Shown here piece after piece: positions 47,315 to 56,797 of a stretch of DNA of 64,000 bases. Below the pieces are notes generated by a model. The model made no database searches, had not been told where the DNA came from, and saw nothing but the letters and a program-made list of their open reading frames with translations. Origin of the DNA: Polyangiales bacterium (GTDB lineage Bacteria; Myxococcota_A; Polyangia; Polyangiales; Polyangiaceae); assembly GCA_038231275.1 (NCBI GenBank), contig JBBRLQ010000002.1, positions 448,001-512,000 of the forward strand, given 5' to 3'. Both the position numbers and the translations under genes were made by a program. How positions within the stretch are numbered: position 1 is the first letter of the stretch; every line of letters starts with the position of its first letter.

Positions 47315-47557
47315 ATGCGGAGCCTGCTTTTGGCGCTCGTCGGTCTCGCCCTCGCCGGCTGCCCCGCGCGGAGCCCCGCCGATCAGGACGCATGCACGAC
47401 CGACGCGCACTGCGGGAGCGGGCTCGTCTGCTGCCATAGCTCGGAGGAAGGTCTCGCCACGACGAGCGCGCGCGCGATGGACCGCGGGTTCTGCGTCAAG
47501 TCGGAAGTGTGCGCGAACGTCGTGGCGCCGTCGCAAGCGCCGGTGCCGCCGGAGTGA
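47315..47557 (+). CDS. Small Cys-rich lipoprotein
   Basis: MRSLLLALVGLALAGC, CTTDAHCGSGLVCC. Confidence 0.7.
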   Translation: MRSLLLALVGLALAGCPARSPADQDACTTDAHCGSGLVCCHSSEEGLATTSARAMDRGFCVKSEVCANVVAPSQAPVPPE

Positions 47558-47575
47558 AGCGATCATGAGGCGCCG

Positions 47576-49048
47576 ATGAGCGGCCAGGCCGCACCGAACG
47601 GCGACGACGCCTACGATCGGCTCCCGTACACCGACCACGCGTACGCGGAGGCGCACCCCGATCGTCTCGCCGTCGTGGCACGCCTCTCCGGGTGGCTGCC
47701 GCCGGCCGTGCCGCACGCGCGCGTGCTCGAGATCGGGTGCGGGCGTGGGGGCAACCTCTTGCCGATGGCCTCCGCGCTGCCGGATGCGACGTTCGTGGGC
47801 GTGGATCGCTCCGCGCGTCAGATCGACGAAGCGCGCACGATCGCGCGCGCGGCGTCGCTGCCGAACGTCACGTGGCACGCCGCGAGCTTCGAGGACGCGG
47901 CGGTGGGCGGAGGCTTCGACTACGCGCTCTGCCACGGCGTCGCGTCGTGGGTTCCCGTCGCCACGCGACGCGCCCTCTTCGGCGCGCTCGCGCAGGCCCT
48001 CTCCGCGGACGGCGTCGCGCACGTGAGCTTCAACGTCCTTCCCGGCTGGTACGAGCGCCTCGCCGCGCGCGATTGGCTGCGCTTCGCATCCGGACGCGAG
48101 AGCTTTCCCGAGGACGCGGGCGGCGCGCTCGGGTGGCTGGCGGCGCGGGTCCCGCCGGAACGTGCAGAATACAAACATTTGATGACTGACGTGGCGCGAC
48201 GCATCGCGGAGACCGACGCCGCATACGCCGCGCACGAGTTCCTGGCGGCCGAGCATCACCCCGAGCTCGTTTCGCACGTGCTCGCCGAGGCCGAGGAGGC
48301 CGGGCTCACGTACCTCGGCGACGCGATCCCGCAGATGACGGCGCTGGAGCTCTTGGACCCCGACGTCGCCGCGCGCGCGGAGGGTCTCGACGTGCAGGGC
48401 GCGCAGCAGCTGGTCGACTTCGTCACCGGCGCGGCGTTTCGGCGCGCGCTCTTCGTTCGCAGCGATGCGGCGGCGTCGCGTGGATTTCGCAGCCCTCGGC
48501 GCCTCGACTCCAGCGCCCTCGCGTCCCTCCACATCGCGAGTCGCCTCCGTGCCGATGCGGGGGCCGGCGCGGACGTCGAGCGCTTCGTCGGCGGCGGCCT
48601 GACCGTCGAGATCGCCGAGCCGGCGGCGCGGCGGGCGCTTCACGAGCTCGCGCGCGTCGCCCCCGCGTCCCTCCCCTTCGACGAGATCGCGCGACGCGCC
48701 GGCGGCGGAGCGGAGCTGGCGACCGAGCTCTTCGACGTTTGGCTGGCGACGGGCGCGCTCGATCTCCACGCGTTCGAGCCGCGCCTCGCGACGTTCCCCT
48801 CGGTCAGGCCGCGCGCGTGCCCTGTCGCACGCCTTCGCGCGCAGCAGGGCGGCCCCATCACGAACGTCTGGCACCACGGGGTGGTCCTCCCGGACGCGCT
48901 CACGCGCGCGGTCCTCGCGCACGCCGACGGCTCCCGCAATGACGAAGAGATCGCGCACGCCATCGACACCGCCCGATCCACCGAGCTCGTGACCGCCGTT
49001 CGCGCAAGCCTCGTCGTCCTCGCGTCGCTCGCGCTCCTCGTGGAGTGA
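47576..49048 (+). CDS. Class I SAM-dependent methyltransferase with methyltransferase regulatory domain
   Basis: YDRLPY, VLEIGCGRGGNL, FDYALCHGVASWV, SFNVLPGW, HEFL. Confidence 0.9.
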   Translation: MSGQAAPNGDDAYDRLPYTDHAYAEAHPDRLAVVARLSGWLPPAVPHARVLEIGCGRGGNLLPMASALPDATFVGVDRSARQIDEARTIARAASLPNVTWHAASFEDAAVGGGFDYALCHGVASWVPVATRRALFGALAQALSADGVAHVSFNVLPGWYERLAARDWLRFASGRESFPEDAGGALGWLAARVPPERAEYKHLMTDVARRIAETDAAYAAHEFLAAEHHPELVSHVLAEAEEAGLTYLGDAIPQMTALELLDPDVAARAEGLDVQGAQQLVDFVTGAAFRRALFVRSDAAASRGFRSPRRLDSSALASLHIASRLRADAGAGADVERFVGGGLTVEIAEPAARRALHELARVAPASLPFDEIARRAGGGAELATELFDVWLATGALDLHAFEPRLATFPSVRPRACPVARLRAQQGGPITNVWHHGVVLPDALTRAVLAHADGSRNDEEIAHAIDTARSTELVTAVRASLVVLASLALLVE

Positions 49049-49065
49049 TCGCCGCGTCTTTCGCG

Positions 49066-50118
49066 CTACCCCGGCAGCCCCAGCTCGCGCCACTTGACCA
49101 TGCCGCCGGCGAGGTTCGCGACGCGCGTGAGCCCCGCCTTCTTCAAGATCACGGTCGCCATCCCCGAGCGCTTCCCGGTCTGGCAGACGACGATCACCGG
49201 TCGGTCGTCCTTCACCTCGGCCGCCCGCGCGCGCAGCTCGTCGAGCGGAATGCTCCGCGCGCCGGAGAGCACGCCGAGATCGCCGCGCAGCTCCTCCGGC
49301 GAGCGCACATCGAGCAGCTCGACGTCGCCGCGATGCGAAGCCACCCACTCCGGCGCCACTTCGAGGAGCCCGCCGTACGTCGTGACGACGGGTCCCCACG
49401 TCGGCGCAGAGGGCGCGTTTCCGTCCTCCGGCTGCCCGGCGCGAAGGTTCGCCGGCACCGCGACCTGGAGGAGCTTGGGGTGCGGCAGGCCGAGGTTCGA
49501 CATGTAGCCGACGAAGTCCTCCTCGCGCGCGCCGCCCCCGATGCGTGGATTGTGCACCTTTTCCTCGCCGATGGTGCTCGACGTGCGGCCGTCGTAATCG
49601 TGGCCGGGGTAAACGACGCACGCGTCGGGGAGCGTGAACAGCTGCTCCTTGATCGAGCGGAAGAGCCGATGCGGGTCCCCTTCTTGGAAGTCCGTGCGCC
49701 CAGCGCCTCGCACCAGCAGCGCGTCGCCTGTGAAGACGGCCGAGCGATCGCTCGTCACGAACGCCAGACACCCCGACGTGTGGCCAGGCACCGCGCGCAC
49801 GCGGAGCACCAGCTCGCCCATCTTCACCGTCGACTCGTGGACGAGCGGCAGATCGATGTTCTTGGCGCCGTAGACGCCCGCGAGGCCGATCTTGCTCCCC
49901 AGCGCGCTCTTCATGAGCCAGGCGCCGGTCACGTGATCGGCGTGGCAGTGGGTGTCGAGGGTGGCCACCAGGCGGAGACCGAGCTCGCGCACGAGGGCCA
50001 CGTCACGCGTGTGCTGCTCGAACACGGGATCGATGAGGACCGCCTCCCCCGTCTTCTCGTCCCCGAGCAGGTAGGTGTACGTGCTGGACACCGCGTCGAA
50101 GAGCTGACGAAAAATCAC
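49066..50118 (-). CDS. Persulfide dioxygenase (ETHE1-type MBL)-rhodanese fusion
   Basis: FRQLFD..SSTYTYLL, THCHADH, GRTDFQEG, PGHDY. The C-terminal rhodanese has DVR and CQTGKRS. Confidence 0.92.
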   Translation of the reverse strand: MIFRQLFDAVSSTYTYLLGDEKTGEAVLIDPVFEQHTRDVALVRELGLRLVATLDTHCHADHVTGAWLMKSALGSKIGLAGVYGAKNIDLPLVHESTVKMGELVLRVRAVPGHTSGCLAFVTSDRSAVFTGDALLVRGAGRTDFQEGDPHRLFRSIKEQLFTLPDACVVYPGHDYDGRTSSTIGEEKVHNPRIGGGAREEDFVGYMSNLGLPHPKLLQVAVPANLRAGQPEDGNAPSAPTWGPVVTTYGGLLEVAPEWVASHRGDVELLDVRSPEELRGDLGVLSGARSIPLDELRARAAEVKDDRPVIVVCQTGKRSGMATVILKKAGLTRVANLAGGMVKWRELGLPG

Positions 50119-50156
50119 GGAGGCACCTCCACCCTCTGAGACTACACTCCCGGGCC

Positions 50157-51284
50157 ATGCGTATCGTGGTGCTCGGCGGCGGCCCCGCGGGCCTCTACTT
50201 CGCGAGCCTCTGGAAGAAGCGCCACCCCGACGCCGAGGTCGAGCTCTACGAGCAGAACCCGGCCGACGCGACCTGGGGATTCGGCGTCGTCTTCTCCGAG
50301 CGCGCGCTCGAGTTCTTGCGCGGCGACGATCCCGAGACGTTCGACCTCATCACGCCCCGGATGGAGCACTGGCGCGACATCACGCTGGGGCACCGCGGGC
50401 AGCAAATCCGCGTCGACGGCGTCGGATTCTCGGCCATCGGCCGCCTCGAGATCTTGCAGCTGTTGCAAGAGCGGGCGCGCGCGGTCGGCGTGCGTCCCAC
50501 CTTCGGGCGAACGATCCGCTCGCTCGACGAGCTCGGCGCGCCCGACGTCATCGTTGCCGCCGACGGCCTCAACTCCCTGGTGCGCCGCACGTACGAGGGG
50601 GACTTCGGCACGTCGCACTCCTACTTGAACAACAAGTTTGCCTGGTACGGGACCACCAAGCGCTTCGAGTCGCTCACGCTCACCTTCGTGCGCGCTCCGG
50701 AGGGCACGTTCACCGCGCACCACTACCGATACTCCAAGACGATGAGCACCTTCATCGTCGAGTGCGATCGGCCGACGTGGGAGAACGCCGGCTTCGCCTA
50801 CATGACCCAAGAAGAGAGCCAGGCAACGTGCGAGCGCGTCTTCGCGGAGACCTTGGACGGGCACCCGCTCGTCGCGAACGGCTCGCAGTGGCGCGCCTTC
50901 CCGGTGCTCACGAACACGCGCTGGTCGTTCAAGAACATGGCGCTCGTCGGCGACGCACTCCACACCGCGCACTTCTCGATCGGCTCCGGGACGCGCCTCG
51001 CGATGGAGGACGTCATCGCGCTCGTGAAGGCGCTCGAGGCGGAGCCGGGCGACGTACGAAAGGCGCTCCGCCTCTACGAATCGAGCCGCAAGCCGATCCT
51101 CGACAAGCTCGTGACCGCCGCGGCGGCGAGCGCGCACTGGCACGAGCACTTCGCCGAGCACATGGCGCTGTCGCCCAAAGAGTTCGCGATGAGCTACATG
51201 ACCCGCTCGGGGCGGATCGATCGCGCACGCCTCCGCGAGATCGCGCCGGAGTTCATCGCCTGGTACGAGACGCCGGGACCGTGA
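50157..51284 (+). CDS. FAD-dependent monooxygenase (like the N-terminal half of salicylyl-CoA 5-hydroxylase)
   Basis: GGGPAGLYF, TWGFGVVFS, ADGLNS, GDALHTAHFSIGSGTRLAMED. Confidence 0.92.
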   Translation: MRIVVLGGGPAGLYFASLWKKRHPDAEVELYEQNPADATWGFGVVFSERALEFLRGDDPETFDLITPRMEHWRDITLGHRGQQIRVDGVGFSAIGRLEILQLLQERARAVGVRPTFGRTIRSLDELGAPDVIVAADGLNSLVRRTYEGDFGTSHSYLNNKFAWYGTTKRFESLTLTFVRAPEGTFTAHHYRYSKTMSTFIVECDRPTWENAGFAYMTQEESQATCERVFAETLDGHPLVANGSQWRAFPVLTNTRWSFKNMALVGDALHTAHFSIGSGTRLAMEDVIALVKALEAEPGDVRKALRLYESSRKPILDKLVTAAAASAHWHEHFAEHMALSPKEFAMSYMTRSGRIDRARLREIAPEFIAWYETPGP

Positions 51285-52081
51285 CGCTCGCTCCCCGAGA
51301 GGCGACCGTCGAGCGTTGGGCGTGGGACTACGTCACGACGACCGATCTGGCGCACAAGCTCGCGCCGCCCGACGTGCCCGACGCGTGGGAGGAGAGCCCG
51401 CCGCCGCGCCGAATCGAGGCGCCCGGAAGACCGCGTGAGTTGTCGGTAGTGACGCGCGCAAAGAAGACGCGCGGCCTCTCCTCGCCGCTCGGCCGCGCGC
51501 GGGCGCTTCACACGTTCCTCCATCACGAGCTCCAGGCGGCGGAGCTGATGGCGTGGGCGCTCTTGGCCTTCCCGGACGCGCCGCGGGACTTTCGGGCAGG
51601 GCTGGCGCGGATCGCCCTCGACGAGGCGCGTCACATGCGCATGTATCATGCACATATCGTTCGACTCGGCGCAAACATCGGCGATTTCCCAGTGCGCGAC
51701 TGGTTCTGGGAGCGGGTGCCGACGTGCGCGACGCCGGCGGCGTTCGTCGCAGTGATGGGCCTGGGCTTCGAGAGCGCGAACCTCGAGCACACGGCGTCCT
51801 ACGCGGCGCGCTTCCGCGAGGCGGGCGACGAGGAGGGCGCGCGGGTGCAGGAGCAGGTCGGGCTGGAAGAGATCGCGCACGTGCGCTTCGGCGCGCGGTG
51901 GTTCGAGGCGCTCGCCGGTCCGCTCGAATTCGATGCGTGGCAGCGCGCGCTTCCTCCTCCGCTCTCTCCGCTCCTGATGCGCGGCAAGCCGCTCGCGCGC
52001 GAGGCACGAATGCGTGGCGGGCAGTCCGCGCGATTCCTCGACGAGCTCACCGCATGGCAGCCCGCGCCGCCTGGGTTCTGA
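51281..52081 (+). CDS. Ferritin-like diiron protein, DUF455 family
   Basis: LHTFLHHELQA, DEARH, FESANLEH, EEIAHVRFG..WF. GTGA overlap with the monooxygenase. Confidence 0.85.
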   Translation: MTLAPREATVERWAWDYVTTTDLAHKLAPPDVPDAWEESPPPRRIEAPGRPRELSVVTRAKKTRGLSSPLGRARALHTFLHHELQAAELMAWALLAFPDAPRDFRAGLARIALDEARHMRMYHAHIVRLGANIGDFPVRDWFWERVPTCATPAAFVAVMGLGFESANLEHTASYAARFREAGDEEGARVQEQVGLEEIAHVRFGARWFEALAGPLEFDAWQRALPPPLSPLLMRGKPLAREARMRGGQSARFLDELTAWQPAPPGF

Positions 52082-52944
52082 ACCTCGACGCCGACGTCGA
52101 GCTCGCGGCCCATCCGGGCGCGCGCTACACGCCGACGCGCGCGGTCCTCGAAGCGACGAGGAAGCACGCGTCGCGCCTCGCCGGCTCCCTCGTTCCCTAC
52201 GAGGATCTCGTCGTCGACGACGACACGCCGCCGGGCGCCGCCGCCAATCTCGTCGGTCGCGCGTTTTGCCCGACGCCGCGCGCGATCGCCCTCCTCGTGC
52301 GCGCGGGCGCCACGCCGGAGGCGCATCCTTCGCGCGACGTCCTCCGCGCGGTCAATTCGCGCGCCTTCGCCGCGTCCCTCGGCCCGACGCTTCTGGGCGC
52401 CGCGTTCGTCCATGATCTCCCTACCGCGCTCGCGCACCTCCGCGCGGCGCCACCCGGCGGCGACGCGTGGCGGATGAAGCGCGCGTTCGGAATGGCCGGC
52501 CGTGGTCAGCGCCTCGCCGGGTCGACGCCGAGCGCAGCCGACGTCGCATTCCTCGAGGCCGGCTTCGAGGAGGGCGGCGTGCAGATCGAGCCGAACCTCG
52601 TCCTCGACGCCGAGTACGCCATCCACGGGCACCTCGAAGCGAATGGCGAGAGACGGCTCGGGGCGCTCGTCCGTCAGGAGTGCGACGCGCGCGGCGCCTG
52701 GCAGAGCACCCACGTCGTCGAGGATCCATCGCCGCTCGGCGAGATCGCGTCGGGCATCGCGGCGGAGGCACGCACCGTCGCTGACGCGCTCGCCAACGCC
52801 GGCTATTTCGGCCCCTTCGGCGTCGACGCCTTCACGTACCGCGACGCGGGCGGGCGGCTCTGCCTCCAGCCGCGCAGCGAGATCAACGCGCGCTACTCGA
52901 TGGGGTTCGCGGTCGGCTTTCGAGTACCATCGGGCGAACGATGA
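52054..52944 (+). CDS. ATP-grasp fold protein
   Basis: VNSRAF, WRMKRAFGMAGRG, VQIEP, GYFGPFGVDAF, EINARYSMG. Confidence 0.8.
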   Translation: MAARAAWVLNLDADVELAAHPGARYTPTRAVLEATRKHASRLAGSLVPYEDLVVDDDTPPGAAANLVGRAFCPTPRAIALLVRAGATPEAHPSRDVLRAVNSRAFAASLGPTLLGAAFVHDLPTALAHLRAAPPGGDAWRMKRAFGMAGRGQRLAGSTPSAADVAFLEAGFEEGGVQIEPNLVLDAEYAIHGHLEANGERRLGALVRQECDARGAWQSTHVVEDPSPLGEIASGIAAEARTVADALANAGYFGPFGVDAFTYRDAGGRLCLQPRSEINARYSMGFAVGFRVPSGER

Positions 52945-52960
52945 CGTCCGCGAGCCCACC

Positions 52961-53935
52961 GTGAGCGTCGCCGTCTCGCGCGTTCTCGTTCCGCTGTTCG
53001 CCCTCGCGACGCTCCTGCCGTTCGTGACGACCGGCGAGGGCCTCGTCCTGGGGATGGCGCTGGGGCTCACGCTGGGAAACCCGTACGCGGCGACGACGAA
53101 GAAGGTGACGACGTACCTGCTGCAAGGCGCCGTCATCGGCCTCGGCTTCGGGATGAACCTGCGCGTCGTCGTCGCCGTCGGAATCCACGGCATCGCATAC
53201 ACGCTCGCCGGCATCGCGCTCTGCTTCGGCGTCGGCCTCTCGTTTAGGGCGCTCCTCAAGGTCCCGCGCGACGTCGGTCTCCTCGTCACGGTGGGCACGG
53301 CGATCTGCGGCGGCAGCGCGATCGCGGCGGTGGTCCCTGCCATCCGTGCGAAGCAGGAGGACGCGACGGTCTCGCTCGCGGTGGTCTTCCTCTTGAACGC
53401 TGTGGGCCTGCTTCTTTTTCCTCCGCTCGGCCACGCGCTTGGCCTCGATCAGCACCGTTTCGGCCTGTGGGCGGCCCTCGCGATCCACGACACCAGCTCG
53501 GTCGTCGGCGCCGCGAGCGCATATGGCAAGGAGGCGCTCGAGATCGCGACGACCGTGAAGCTCGCGCGGGCGCTATGGATCGTCCCGCTGGCGATGGGGA
53601 TCGGCGAGGTATACGAGCGCGCGCGCGCGCGGGCGAGCGGAGGAGGGAAAGGAGACGCGGCGGGACGCTCCGGCGCACGTTATCCCTGGTTCATCCTGGG
53701 CTTCCTCGGGACGGCGACGATCGCGACGTTCGTGCCGGCGATGCACGATCCCGGCATGGTGCTCGCGCGCGTGGCGCGCCAGCTGCTGGTGCTCACGCTC
53801 TTTTTGATCGGCGCGGGGCTCACGCGCCAATCGCTGCGCACGACAGGAGCGCGTCCGCTCGTCCTCGGCGTGCTCTTGTGGATCGTGTCCGCGGTCGCGA
53901 GCCTCGGTGGAATCCTTGCGGGTCTGGTGACTTAG
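52961..53935 (+). CDS. YeiH-family putative sulfate exporter
   Basis: GTAICGGSAIAA, AIHDTSSVVGA, TTVKLARALWI, PWFILGF. Confidence 0.92.
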   Translation: MSVAVSRVLVPLFALATLLPFVTTGEGLVLGMALGLTLGNPYAATTKKVTTYLLQGAVIGLGFGMNLRVVVAVGIHGIAYTLAGIALCFGVGLSFRALLKVPRDVGLLVTVGTAICGGSAIAAVVPAIRAKQEDATVSLAVVFLLNAVGLLLFPPLGHALGLDQHRFGLWAALAIHDTSSVVGAASAYGKEALEIATTVKLARALWIVPLAMGIGEVYERARARASGGGKGDAAGRSGARYPWFILGFLGTATIATFVPAMHDPGMVLARVARQLLVLTLFLIGAGLTRQSLRTTGARPLVLGVLLWIVSAVASLGGILAGLVT

Positions 53936-54021
53936 AGCGGAAGTCGGGACGCTGGAGCGAACCACGAGAATGCTAAAGTTGTCCTTGCGCGAAGCGCGAG
54001 TGTGCGGCATCTCTTTGGGCC

Positions 54022-54369
54022 ATGACGCGCGAGACGATCCCTACGCTCGTCGCAGACGAGGAGTATCCCTCGCCCGATCTCCTCGATCCGAGCGCCGACG
54101 CGTCGACGATGAACCTCGTCGCAATCGCCGACGACGCGATCCCCCTGCAGGCCGTGGACGACGAGAAGTTCGCGGCCATCGCGGTGCGCGTCGGCGCCGA
54201 GTTCTTCGCGCCGCTGCTCGACGGGGTCACGAGCATGACCGAGATGAGCGTGCACACCGGGCTCGATCTCGACATCGTGCGCGCCGCGATCCTTCGCCTC
54301 GCCGTGCAGGGCGCCGTGACGTTCGCGAAGCCCAGGTCCGCCGAAACGCCGGTCGTCCCGGAGGCGTGA
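54022..54369 (+). CDS. Small acidic protein with C-terminal wHTH-like segment
   Basis: LLDGVTSMTEMSVHTGLDLDIVRAAILRLAVQGAV. Confidence 0.65.
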   Translation: MTRETIPTLVADEEYPSPDLLDPSADASTMNLVAIADDAIPLQAVDDEKFAAIAVRVGAEFFAPLLDGVTSMTEMSVHTGLDLDIVRAAILRLAVQGAVTFAKPRSAETPVVPEA

Positions 54370-54416
54370 CGGCCAGATTTGACGGCCGGATTTCGTGGTA
54401 GTCTCGCGGCTCTCGA

Positions 54417-54950
54417 ATGAACAAGACGCCCTCCAGACGGAAGACGACGAAGAGCGTCGCCATCCGTCGTCCGGACAGCGAACCGGAGCCCACGCGCGCC
54501 CAGAGAAACGCCGAGACCGCGCCGCCGCGCGCGGGCAAGGCGACCGTGCCGGCGATCCCCAAGCCCCGTAAGACCACCAAGGCCGACCTGAAGGCCCAGA
54601 AAGAGACGGTCCGGCCCCGCCGCGAGCCGAGGGAGGACCCGCGCGCCGAGTCGACGCCGCCCTCGTCGCGACGCGACGCGCGAGAGGCCAAGGAAGACGC
54701 GCGCTCCGAGTCCGCGCCGCCTTCACGCCGCGACTCCAAGGCCGCGAGCAAGCGAGGTACCGTGCCGCCGCGCACGAAGCGTGACTCGAAGGCTCCGAAG
54801 ACCGACGGCGCGAAGGACGGAGACAACGGCCCCCACATTCGCGTGCGCGTCGACGCGCCGTTCCGTGTCACCGCCGAACTGCCCGATCCCCAGGCGACCC
54901 GTTACTCCGTCATCCCTTCCCCGCGCCCGCCCCGCAAGCCCGCGCGGTAA
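54417..54950 (+). CDS. Basic low-complexity (Lys/Arg/Pro-rich) hypothetical protein
   Basis: Fills the gap between genes. Internal repeat ESTPPSSRRD / ESAPPSRRD. Confidence 0.6.
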   Translation: MNKTPSRRKTTKSVAIRRPDSEPEPTRAQRNAETAPPRAGKATVPAIPKPRKTTKADLKAQKETVRPRREPREDPRAESTPPSSRRDAREAKEDARSESAPPSRRDSKAASKRGTVPPRTKRDSKAPKTDGAKDGDNGPHIRVRVDAPFRVTAELPDPQATRYSVIPSPRPPRKPAR

Positions 54951-54984
54951 CGGGCTGCGCAAACGCGGCCGTCGAGGTCCTCCC

Positions 54985-56781
54985 ATGCGACATCGCACGT
55001 GGTCATGGCTGCTGGTTCTCGCATTCGTCACGGCGTGCGACGGAGCGGCCCGTTCGCCCGTGATGCCACAGGGCTCGGCAGCGCCGATCCCTCCTCCGCC
55101 GCCGAGCGCAACGCCGACGTCGCGCGCGCTCGCGGTGGCCGATGCGATCGTCGACGACATGTTCGAGCAATCTCCCGAGGCGGTCGCGATGCTGAGGCCG
55201 CCAGGCGCCCGGTACGACGGTTGGCCCGACGCGTCCCTGGGGGCGCTCGCGGCGCGTGAGGCGCGAGAGGACCGGTGGCGCGCCGATCTCGCCGCGATCG
55301 ATCGCGCGTCTTTGGCGACCGACTCGGCGAAGCTCGCCTACGACGTGGCGGTCGAGACACTCGACGCACGCAACCAGGCGCGCGTCTGCAAGAACGAGCT
55401 CTGGGATGTCCGCCCGCTCTCCAGCGTCATCACGCGCCTCGCCGACGTCGCGACCGCGCAGCCGGTCGGCACGCCCGACCTCCGCGGCCAGCTGCTCGTG
55501 CGCTTCGCCCGCGTCCCGTCGATCGTCGACGCCCAGATCGCCAACCTCCGCGAAGGCCAAAAACGCGGGTATTTGCAGGCCGAGGTGAACGTCCGACAGG
55601 TCATCGAGCAGGCCGAGCGTCTCACCCAAGGAGCGCCCGAGGCGTCGCCGCTCTTCAACCCGACGACGCGCGACGCGGATCCGGAGCTGCGGACCAAGCT
55701 TCGCGCGCTCATCGAGACGCAGATCGTCCCGGCGATCGCCAAGTACAAGGACTACCTGCGCGCCGAGTACCTGCCCAACGCGCGCAAGGCGTTCGGGGTG
55801 TCCGCGAACCCGCACGGCCTCGAGTGCTATCGCGCGTCGGTTCGCCTCTACACGACGATGCCGCGCGAGCCGCAGCAGGTGCACGACGCCGGCCTGAAGG
55901 AGCTGGCCGCGCTGGAGGTCGAGATGACGGCGCTGTCGAAGAAGAGCTTCGCCGGCGCCGATCTCCGAACGCTCCGCGCGCGATTCACGACCGCGCCGGA
56001 GTACCGCCACAAAGACGCGCAGTCGATCGTGACGCAGGCCAACGAGACGATCGCGCGCGCAAAGGCCGCGATGCCCCGCGCGTTCGGCATCCTGCCGCCG
56101 GCCGACGTCGTGGTCGAGCCGATCCCGCAATTCCAGGAGCGCACCGCCGCTGCCCACTACCTGCGCGCCGCGCTCGACGGCTCACGGCCTGGTACGTACC
56201 GCATCCGCCTCTACAAGCCCGAGGAGCAGCCGATCGTCCTCGGCGAGTCGACGGCGTTCCACGAGGCGATCCCCGGGCATCATCTCCAGGTGAACATCGC
56301 CACCACGCGCGAAGGCAACCCGCGCATCGCGCGCTTCCTCTTCAACAGCGGCTACGGCGAAGGGTGGGCGCTCTACGCCGAGCGCCTCGCCGACGAGCTG
56401 GGGCTCTACTCGAACGACGCCTCGCGCTTCGGCATGCTCAGCAACGCCGCGTGGCGCGCCTGCCGCCTCGTCGTCGACTCCGGCATCCACGCGTTCGGGT
56501 GGGACCGCGAGCGCGCGATCACGTTCTTGCTCGATCACACCGCCATGCCGCGAACGCAGGCCGCGCAGGAGGTCGATCGGTACATCTCGTGGCCTGGGCA
56601 GGCGACGGCCTACATGACCGGCTACCTCGAAATCGCGCGGATGCGGGCCGAGGCAAAGGCTGCGCTCGGCGAAAAATTCGACCTGAAAGGCTTCCACGAT
56701 CGCGTGCTCGGGAGCGGCGCACTACCGCTCCCGGTCCTCGGCCGAAGGGTCGAGGCCTGGGTGATCGAGCGTCGCAGCTGA
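54985..56781 (+). CDS. DUF885 family lipoprotein (putative metallopeptidase)
   Basis: Lipobox VTAC. HEAIPGHHLQ, EGWALYAE, RLVVDSGIH, EVDRY, PGQATAY. Confidence 0.93.
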   Translation: MRHRTWSWLLVLAFVTACDGAARSPVMPQGSAAPIPPPPPSATPTSRALAVADAIVDDMFEQSPEAVAMLRPPGARYDGWPDASLGALAAREAREDRWRADLAAIDRASLATDSAKLAYDVAVETLDARNQARVCKNELWDVRPLSSVITRLADVATAQPVGTPDLRGQLLVRFARVPSIVDAQIANLREGQKRGYLQAEVNVRQVIEQAERLTQGAPEASPLFNPTTRDADPELRTKLRALIETQIVPAIAKYKDYLRAEYLPNARKAFGVSANPHGLECYRASVRLYTTMPREPQQVHDAGLKELAALEVEMTALSKKSFAGADLRTLRARFTTAPEYRHKDAQSIVTQANETIARAKAAMPRAFGILPPADVVVEPIPQFQERTAAAHYLRAALDGSRPGTYRIRLYKPEEQPIVLGESTAFHEAIPGHHLQVNIATTREGNPRIARFLFNSGYGEGWALYAERLADELGLYSNDASRFGMLSNAAWRACRLVVDSGIHAFGWDRERAITFLLDHTAMPRTQAAQEVDRYISWPGQATAYMTGYLEIARMRAEAKAALGEKFDLKGFHDRVLGSGALPLPVLGRRVEAWVIERRS

Positions 56782-56797
56782 CGCTCGCGTCCCGAGC

